From Mytilus edulis (taxonomy: Eukaryota): DNA of 64,000 nt. Below the pieces are notes generated by a model. The model was given only the letters and a program-made list of their open reading frames with translations, was not told the DNA's origin and did not search any database. A program made the position numbers and the translations under genes. The stretch is taken from NCBI RefSeq assembly GCF_963676685.1, contig NC_092351.1:25978001-26042000 (forward strand). The letters are read 5' to 3'. Below, in pieces: positions 55,066 to 64,000 of the stretch. Numbering within the stretch: the first letter of the stretch is position 1; each line of letters opens with the position of its first letter.

Positions 55066-56954
55066 GAGGGGGGCAAGGGGTTTAACTGTTATGCTGTTAT
55101 GGGGCATTTTAATTCTTTGTTATCTGTTATTCTGAAAATATATTTACTGTTAGCTGTTATTGTCTTATTCTTTGTTAGCTGTTATAGGACTATTATCTAT
55201 TTTGTTATCTGTTATTGTGAAAATCTATTTGCTGTTAACTGTTATTGAAAATTGGAATGTTAGCATTTTGACAGCCAATCTTCCGTAGAAATTGAAGATA
55301 ATTGAAAATTGTGATTTGAATGGATAATAGTCTCATTGGCACGCTTACCACATCTTCTTACAATGCATATATATTGGGGGTCTTTCTACTGGTAATATCG
55401 GGTGGCCCTGTATTTGCAGAAGAATTTCAGTAACATACATCACATAAACATGCATATTAAAATCAATTGGACCCAGGACCATTCCAGTATATATTATTAT
55501 TATCCTTTGTAATAAATTCCGTTGTCTGTGAACATGTAGCATTTTGTTCAAATTATAATTCACTTATTACTTGTACAATAACTTATAGTATGGATTTTGT
55601 TATAAAAAAAGCATTGGTACACCCTATAGATTTTTTTTATTCAATGACCACATAGTATCAATCTTTATGCTGTACTATTACACCACTGTCCCTGATAAGG
55701 GGAGGATTAGACATCAACTAGCATGCTAAAGTTGACGCAGTTACATTCTGTATGTGCCTATTTCCAATTCAGGAGCCCGGATTCAGTGGTTGTAGTTTGT
55801 TACTGTGTTACTAAATTTCTCGTTCACTATTTTGTGGATAAATTAGGCTGTTAGTTTTCTATTTTGAATTGTTTGACATTACTAAGTGGTATGAGTTTGA
55901 ATTATGTCTTTGGGAATTATACATCTTTTTCCTTTAGCATTTATATTATAAGTGCTACTCCCTCTCTTTTCGATTACATGAAAGAGAACCCTGACCACCA
56001 TATTTTTAAAAGCTTTTTAATTGCTTCACATGGCGAAAATTGAACCTCAGAAACCATTGATGCAAATAAATATGTGTCTTCAGTTTAATTTTTCGACAAA
56101 TACCCTTTTAAAAATCCTACAGCTTCTCCAATGCTGTACCCAAATTTTCCATATTCTATAATTTCACATAAGATGCATAATTGGTGTTTCACTTGGTGTC
56201 ATCCAAATTTTCACTAGAATTGTCACTTGAGTCAATTTCTATTATCATACGAACCATAACAGGCATGCGTGTGTCAGTTACATGTCCTGTCTCCACTAAT
56301 CTGGGTATTTTTGTATTTTATAAGTAAGTTTTATCATGAGGTCATTAAATACAAAAAATAGATTGTGCATCAATTTTTTTTTTATTACTTGTAAAGTATA
56401 CATATTGCTTTTCAGAAATAAAAAATCTAAAAATCAAATTGATAATAAAGTGTCACTGGCTGCACTACTTTTAAAAATTAAATAAAAAAACCTAAATCAT
56501 TAAAAATTGATCCATCAAATGCCCTAGATCAATTTTAATATACTACATATGTAGTATAACGTAATCAGAGATCAATATTTTAATTAGATTGGCCCTAGAT
56601 TAAAAATATCCGTATATCAAAAACAGAAACTAGTAATTTCGTTCAGAAAAATTCAACATCCATACTATTATTGAACTTATTGTACAAGTTACGGAAAAAA
56701 ATCAACCAAGGCAGAACTGCCTCAACGACCGAAACGTCTTGTTTACACAAATTACAATTTTCTAGGTCCATACCACAAGTTATATACTAAGATCCAAGAG
56801 TCATCTACTGGATTGGTCCTGGAAAGATTTATTTTCATATTTCATATTTCATTTACTGTTATCTGTTATTGTCCCTTTTCAATTCCTTGTTATCTGTTTT
56901 TCACCAAATCAATTCACTGTTTTGCTGTTATAGGGACCCCCCTTGCCCCCCCTC
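55066..56954. mobile_element. Non-autonomous TIR element with subterminal ctgttat repeats
   Basis: gaggggggcaagggg / ccccttgccccccctc TIRs, flanked on both sides by aattaa. Confidence 0.75.
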
Positions 56955-58799
56955 AATTAATTGCAACATAGAATTTAATTACACACTTGCTGCAGGATCT
57001 CAATATCGACGACTACAAGGCTAAACCGTCTGATTGGAAACACAATCTTTTAAGACCTAAATGATGCAAAACGATGTCCTACCTGCATGACAAATATCTT
57101 GTCACCGCAGACAATGACCCAAACACATCGTTTTTGTGAGTACTAGTAAATCACATCAGATAAACTGCTTGATAAATGAATCAGGTATTGCCAATTAATT
57201 TGGAAAATCGAGAAATATGGCAGTTTTTATCAAATAATTTGTTTTTTATGAATGTTGCATTGGCGTTTGTTTTTGTTTCACTGCAGGGATTCTGTTGTTC
57301 CGTTATTTTCCTCTTATAGTTGATTTGTTGTCCTTGGTTTTATTTCGTAAAACATGTTGAACTGCGTCTGTCACAAGTAAGAATCCTCTGGCCTTTGTTA
57401 GTCTTGTATGATTTTTAATCTTAGTTCATGTATTTTTGTGATTTTACTTTTTATATATTTCGGAGTAAGGTATGACGTCCATTCTTACTGAACTAATACA
57501 CATTTTTGTTCAAGGGCCGGCTTAAGCACACCTCCAGTTGCAGGATTTTCTTGCTGTGTTGAAGACATATTGGTGGCCTTCGTCTGTTTTCTGCTCTTTG
57601 GTCTGGTTGTTGTACCTTTGACACATTCCCCAATTTCATTCTCAATTTTATTAGGTATGGTGTGAACAAAAAGGAAATTATTATAGCAGTGTCAGCTGCA
57701 CTATTGCTGATAATAGTTTATCAATTAATCTTGTAAGAAATAGGACCAACAAATAGACTTGAAGCTTCGATTTATTTCTTTTTTAGGGTTTTTCTATATG
57801 ACCGGAAGTCTATTTGGATATTAACAGTGTTGGAATGAGTGTCATCATGGACGAAGATGCTACTGAATAACAGAAAATGGGGCATCCTTTTTGCAGTCTC
57901 ACAGAATATCTGAGAAAAGGATTTGCTATTAAAAGGATTGATTCATCTGTTCTTTACCAAGTCAGGTTCCTGTTGTTCAGTGGTTGTTGGTTTTTTTTTT
58001 TTTTGTAAATTGTTTTGTTATATGTTAGGCTTAACTGTTTCATAGTTTTCATGACTTGGCTTTCATAGCGAACTATACAGTATTGAAGTTTAATCATTGT
58101 TGAAAGCTGTATGGAGGCTTATAATTAATTACTTACATATACTTTTTTCAAATTTTAATGTAAAATTATCTCATTGGCTATCATACAACATCTCCTTATT
58201 TGTATGGACTAGCCAAACTTTTTTACTCAACAGTTTAAAGATTTCACAAGTAACAATTTAAAGTGACACAGGACACGATATTATTCTTTAAATAATAAAG
58301 CTATTTATATGAACATGTCTCAAAATTTATTTTGAGATATAAAAACAATAACACGGCCGCACCTTCAGTGACTTTCACATCTATATTCTCTTTCATTTAA
58401 TATTCATGGTAAAATTGGGTTTCCCTTAAGGGCTATTCCTAAAATAAACATATGGAGGAAGGGGGTTAGAAGGCACTTTATCAGAATAATTTTTTGTATG
58501 GATAGGGACAAGTCACAAAGGTCAAATTGTATTGATATATATGTGCATACAAAAAATGCAAGTATATATGTGATAGTCATAAATTTTTATTAAAAATAAT
58601 AAAGCTATTTATAAAAACATGTTTTAAAAACAATGGCACCTTGAGTGACTTTCATGACAGTTCACAATCAAGTTATTCAAATCATATTTTTTTAGATTCT
58701 GTTAAATAAAATCGATAACTGAATAAAATAAAAATGACTAGTTTCAATGCATTTGGCATTATAATAAATCAACTGCATCTCATAGTGAACAAATTGCTT

Positions 58800-58967
58800 T
58801 CAAACATTGATACTATTATCTATCCACTCAATCATTGTTGATAATTTGGTAAATCTATTGGCAGTATTGGTAAATGTCCCACACATGGCAGCCCCACTAC
58901 TCATCACTCCAGCTAATGTCCATTTACCCGTGGGATCCTCACACATCATAGGACTACCACTATCACC
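58800..58967 (-). CDS. Serine protease last exon (catalytic Ser)
   Basis: GDSGSPMMCEDPTGKWTLAGVMSSGAAMCGTFTNTANRFTKLSTMIEWIDNSINV*; candidate AATAAA on minus at 58586-58591. Confidence 0.93.
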   Translation of the reverse strand, partial: GDSGSPMMCEDPTGKWTLAGVMSSGAAMCGTFTNTANRFTKLSTMIEWIDNSINV

Positions 58968-61359
58968 CTGTAAAGGTAGAAATTGTCATGTATAAAGTTT
59001 TGGTCTCAATTGTTAATAAGGGTATGCATTACTATATTGCAAATTGGAAGAAAAATTTGTAAAAGTTCCACGGAACCCAGTGCCTCACCTTCTTTATGTA
59101 GATAATATATATTTTAGGAACTTTAATTGCAGAGTGTATGTAATGTAACTGGAAGAAAACTACGTACATAATTAAGTAAAATACGAAAAATCAAGATATC
59201 TTTTTACAAAATTTCCTTCTAGATACTAGCTTTTGATCATAAACAAGCTTGTGTCCCAAGTTTGGTAGAAATCCAAGAAATTTAAAGTAAAATATGAAAA
59301 AAGGATTTTTTTTTTTACAAAATTTACTTTTGGGTACCATCTTCTGATCATAAACATGTGTTTGTCCTTGTTAATAATCCAGGATAGTTTAAAAAAGTTA
59401 TTAAAATTTTAAATCTTTAACCACAGAGTGAATGTTATGTTAACTGGCAGGAAAACTAAGTCCATTTGTAAGTAAAATACGTATAAACAGATTTCTTTAT
59501 TACAAAATTTATTTCTGGATACTATCTTATGATCATAAACAAGCTTCTGTCCAAGTTTGGTAGAAATCAAGGATAGTTTAAGAAAGTTATCAAAATCTCA
59601 AAAACTTTAACCACAGAGTGAATATTTGTGGATGCCACTGCTGCCGACGAAAGGTAGGATTGCTGTGTCTTGCTTTTTTTAACAAATGTTGAATGCTCAA
59701 CAAAAATGTATTCATTAACAAATTCTAAAATAATACGACAATCAAATGTTCAAATGATTTTGCATGTTTTATATCTTAATGTTTAAATTGTAATATTTTA
59801 TAAGAAAATATGAACTTCACTTCTATATTTTCAGCAATAGCACAAATGCATGAATTTAAAAAAGCTTGCAAACTATGAAATAAATATAATACATGTTTTA
59901 TTCAAGTGCATACTTGCAACATTTTTTGTGTGACTCAGTTATAGATATCTGATGATACTTATTATGAAAGAAAATTGGTATTTATTTGGTTTAACAATGT
60001 ACCCTCCTCCAAATACTTCTTCATCTTCATATCTATGTTTTATTTTGTTGATTGAGTGCTGACTTTTTGTGTTATGTTTTACAGTTATGAAATATTCCTT
60101 AAACATGTATTTACCTGACATCCTGAGATGACCCCAAACTTATATCCAGCACAGTATGTTATATTGGTATTTACTTCCTGTTCCAGTGGTACTGTATTTG
60201 TTCTACATTCCTCCTCAGACAAGACATGTAACTTAGCTTCTCTGAGGTCTTGTACTGTTATAGCTTCATAGACAAAACAAACAAACGATCACTCATTATT
60301 CACAAGTTAAGTTCATAAGCTTATAAAAATCATCAACATCTGATAGTCAATGCAAGTGATAATTTCAGTTATTAAATATGAAAAACTAATAAATACAATA
60401 GTTGTATAGGAGCTGCTTAATTTTTATGAGCAATAATGATCACCCCTGATGTAATTTTTTTTTCTATGTGTACTTTTTATTGTGGACTGTTGTTTAAAAA
60501 ATCAAAAATCAACTTTATTTCTGTAGGCTATCAATGACTCTGTATCTTAGGCTCAAATTCCTAATTGTACTTCAACAAAAATGGTGTTCAAAATTTTTAT
60601 TGTTCTACGCTATCTTTACTATTTTACCAGTTGCAATACAGTGCTAAAAAACCCAAATACTGTACACATATACAACTAACATACCTTGATTAGAACTAAT
60701 ATATCCCCAGCCAGCTATGTAACAGTTACTTAGTGAAGTAAAAGCTGCCTTAGGTAAACAGGCAGGTAAGATATAGTCATTATAAGTTACAGACTTTTCC
60801 ATATGGATCAATGCCACATCATTGTATATTGGACCAATCCCTGTCCATGTTAACCTTGGATGATGAATGACCTTGTCTGCACGTCTGCTGGTGCCTTGAC
60901 CTCTAAGACGTTTGACTGATCCTAATTGAACTTCAATGTAATGAGGATTTTCTGTGTAGTTATGAGATCCTGGTCTGAAATTATCAAATATATACAAAAG
61001 TATGTCAAAATAAGCAAGAAAAGATAAATGGTTATATATTTCTGAAATCTTTACACAAAAAAACAATAACAATTAAGTAATCGTAACCAGATGTGTCATC
61101 TGAAAAACACCAAGAGAACATTGTAATAACGTACATTTGGCTATTATTGTAATTCAACAAATACAGTAAAATATAACTGATACCTACATAGCAACACAAT
61201 GGCCTGCTGTTACTACCCAGTCCTCTGATATCAATGTTCCACTACAGAAAGGTCTTCCAAGGTATGACAGGGACACAATCCATGGCCACTGACCCAAGGT
61301 GGCTATATCTCCACCAGAAACAAATGGAAGCATCAGGTTAGGGCTTTGTTCTCCACATT
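58800..61359 (-). CDS. S1A (trypsin/chymotrypsin-fold) serine protease, 3' four exons; 5' part not identified
   Basis: Catalytic triad motifs TAGHC, NDVAL, GDSGSP; CG...WPW, LPACLP, GWG; phases consistent; TGA at 58800. Confidence 0.93.
59040..59705. repeat. Intronic interspersed repeat with internal tandem units
   Basis: Recurring gatcataaacaagctt...ccaagtttggtagaaatc and ttaaccacagagtgaat blocks. Confidence 0.6.
60115..60254 (-). CDS. Serine protease exon
   Basis: VQDLREAKLHVLSEEECRTNT...YCAGYKFGVISGCQ; an alternative in-frame AAG acceptor would start at 60263. Confidence 0.88.
60685..60974 (-). CDS. Serine protease exon (catalytic Asp)
   Basis: PGSHNY...HHP...YNDVALIHM...ILPACLP...CYIAGWGYISSNQ; phase 2/1. 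Confidence 0.93.
61188..61359 (-). CDS. Serine protease exon (activation site, catalytic His)
   Basis: ECGEQSPNLMLPFVSGGDIATLGQWPWIVSLSYLGRPFCSGTLISEDWVVTAGHCVA; CAG/GTAGGT. Confidence 0.93.
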
Positions 61360-61495
61360 CTGAAACAATGGTAAAAAAAATTATAAAACAAAGAAATTTC
61401 AAGAAACTTGTAAAGTATACCCAGTCTCATAGTCATAAGTTACTACACCAGACTCCCATTTCATCTACAAAAGACTCACCAGTGACACATGAATA

Positions 61496-61942
61496 AACAA
61501 GAATGTGTCCATAGTACTCTGATGCCCCACTCGCACTATCATTTTCTATGTTAAGTGGACCGTGAAATTGGGGTAAAAACTCTAATTTGGCATTTAAATT
61601 CGAAAGATCATATCATAGGGAACATGTGTACTAAGTTTTAAATTGATTGAACTTCAACTTCATCAAAAACTACCTTGACCAAAAACTTTAACCTGAAATT
61701 TGCACTATCATTTTATATGTTCAGTGAGTCGTGAAATTGGGGTCAAAACTCTAATTTGGCATTAAAATTAGAAAGATTATATCATAGGGAACATGTTCAC
61801 TAAATTCCAAGTTGATTGGACTTCAACTTCATCAAAAACTACCTTGACCAAAAACTTTAACCTGAAGTGGGACAGACGGACGAACGGACCCACTGACCAG
61901 AAAACATTAATGCCACTCTACTATCGTAGGCTGGGCATAAAA
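61496..61942. mobile_element. Short Helentron/HINE-like repeat with one internal duplication
   Basis: Same family as 9118-9436; core gcactatcatttt...aaaactttaacctgaa present twice. Confidence 0.75.
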
Positions 61943-63151
61943 ATATTATGACGCCAAATAAAAAAAAGAAAAAGATATTCATTCTCAATAGTTTCCTCAT
62001 GGTCCCTACCTTATCCAGACACAGTAAGTCAGTTATATTAAATTTAAAGTGCTTGTAAGTCCTGAATGGTAAATATTGCTCTCATTTTGCAATGATAACT
62101 TAAAGTAAAACATTGAATTGTATTAAGCTGAAGGAAAATATTATGAATTAGCAATATCTTACTTTGTTCAAATCTAAACTGCGATTTAACTTGATTCAAT
62201 TTTAGACAGAATGATTCATACACCATGTACAACTTGTGTTCCTATAATAACATGGTTTTCTTGAAAAGTATGATAATACACTTATTCTTCATTCTGTAAC
62301 ACATTTTGTATTGCATCCATCCAAGAATAATTCAGGGATATTCTAAATATTTAACTAAGCATTTTTTATCCTTCAGATCTGGTTGTATAGTCCTAATTTG
62401 AATTCCATCCCCTAAATATAGGTATGCAATAGCAAATTTAATCACTGGAATAATTTGATTCACACTGTTTACCCGTCTCAACTTCTGCATTTCAATACAA
62501 TAGAACCTTTCAATAAATGTGAACTAACACTAAAATAATTAAAGAAATAATTAACCTATAACAAAACATATTTAAACCATAGATTTGTAAAATATATAAT
62601 AGGAAATAAGTAACAAATCTATATCATAGGTATATATACAAAAGATAGAAATACATGTTCTAAACTTGCTACAAGTTAGTAGTTAAATACCTTCACCAAG
62701 TGTTCAGATATTACACTTATGATTAGTTCTGAGTAAATAATTTATTATATTGTGCTGTTATGTGTGTTTCTTGTTTTATTTTCTCTAAATATTACAGTTC
62801 TAATGAAAAAATCTGGTCTGTATAAAAAAAATATTTTTTTTAATTACAATACAAAATATTACAAAATATAAAAATAAAAAGAATCTTTTACTTTCTACAT
62901 CAAAAGTAACAAAAAATAAACTATTGTGTGGTATTACTCCAGGACACAAAAGTAACTGCTTATACTATATAAGAGATGAGAACAATTGCTATCAATAATT
63001 AATGTACCACTTGCTATCAATAATTAATGTACCCTAACTATGTCAGAAGCTTAGTGTTTATTTCTGTTTGTGTGTCATTTGTATTAGTGAAAATCCTATA
63101 CGTTTGTCATTTAACACCTCTACAAATAACTGTAGATATGTCTCATATAAA

Positions 63152-64000
63152 AACTAGAGGCTCTAAAGAGCCTGTGTCGCTCACCTTGGTCTATGTGCAT
63201 ATTAAACAAAGGACACAAATGGATTCATGACAAAATTGTATTTTGGTGATGGTGATGTGTTTGAAGTTCTTACTTTACTGAACATTCTTGCTTCTTACAA
63301 TTATATCTATAATGAACTTTGCCCATTAGTAACAGAGAAAAATATTTGGTAAAAATTTACATAAATTTACCAAATTAATGAAAATTGTTAAAAATTGACT
63401 ATAAAGGGCAATAACTCCTTAAGGGGTCAATTGACAATTTAGGTCATGTGGACTTATTTGTAGATCTTACTTTGATGAACATTATCGCTGTTTACAGTTT
63501 ATCGCTATCTATAATAGTATTCAAGATAATAACCAAAAACAGCAAAATTTCTTTAAAAATTACCAATTGGAGGGCAGCAACCCAACAACCGGTTGTCCAA
63601 TTCATTTGAATATTTCAGGGCAGATATATATTGACTTGATTAACAATTTAACTCCTTGTCAGATTTCCTCTAAATGATTTGGTTTCAGAGTTATAAGCAA
63701 AAAACTACATTTTACTCCTGTTCTATTTTTAGCCGTGGTGGCCATCTTGGTTTGGATGGCCAGGTCATCGGACACATTTTTCAAACAAGGTACCTCAAAG
63801 ATAATTGTGGTTAAGTTTGAATTAATTTGGCCCAGTAGTTTCAGAGGAGAAGATTTTTGTAAAAGATAACTAAGATTTACAAAAAATGGTTAAAAATTGA
63901 CTATAAAGGGCAATAACTCCTAAAGGGCTCAACTGACCATTTCGGTCATGTTGACTTATTTGTAAATCTTACTTTGATGAACATTAATGCTGTAAACAGT
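63152..64000. mobile_element. Second copy of the 11320-14108 Helentron/HINE-like element (runs off the window)
   Basis: aactagaggctctaaagagcctgtgtcgctcaccttggtctatgtgcat... nearly identical to 11320 onward. Confidence 0.88.

Noticed and set aside
62282-62410. Possible upstream protease exon (DGIQIRTIQPDLKDKKCLVKYLE) followed by a U12-like ATATCCC donor, and a 14-nt micro-exon near 62010-62023
   Set aside because: No GT-AG or AT-AC/AG combination I tried joined in frame to the exon at 61359 without a stop, and there is no clear U12 branch site. Left unannotated pending cDNA.

Overview
AT-rich, intron-containing animal genomic DNA. The repeat families suggest a bivalve mollusc, probably Mytilus-like (inference). 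It contains: (1) a complete KIBRA/WWC-family gene on the minus strand, with 24 coding exons traced by hand from ATG 36742 to TAA 5025 (consistent phases, ~1235 aa; WW-WW, coiled coils, C2, acidic tract, aPKC-binding region, C-terminal -GEEV) plus a candidate 36-nt cassette exon; (2) the last four exons of a minus-strand S1 serine protease (61359-58800) whose 5' exons I could not identify; (3) between them, a ~20 kb block of decayed retroelements (a CR1/L2-type LINE with a 2A-like motif and PHD finger, an RTE LINE, many Penelope-like fragments, and a hammerhead-bearing repeat family); (4) several non-autonomous DNA elements. Most notable: an HDV-like ribozyme fold at the 5' end of the RTE element, a type I hammerhead repeat family, a DTETNPGP 2A-like motif, and a four-copy tandem duplication of the KIBRA last-exon splice acceptor that could remove the PDZ ligand. 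There is an assembly gap at 40775-40994. All calls were made by eye; no searches or folding were run.
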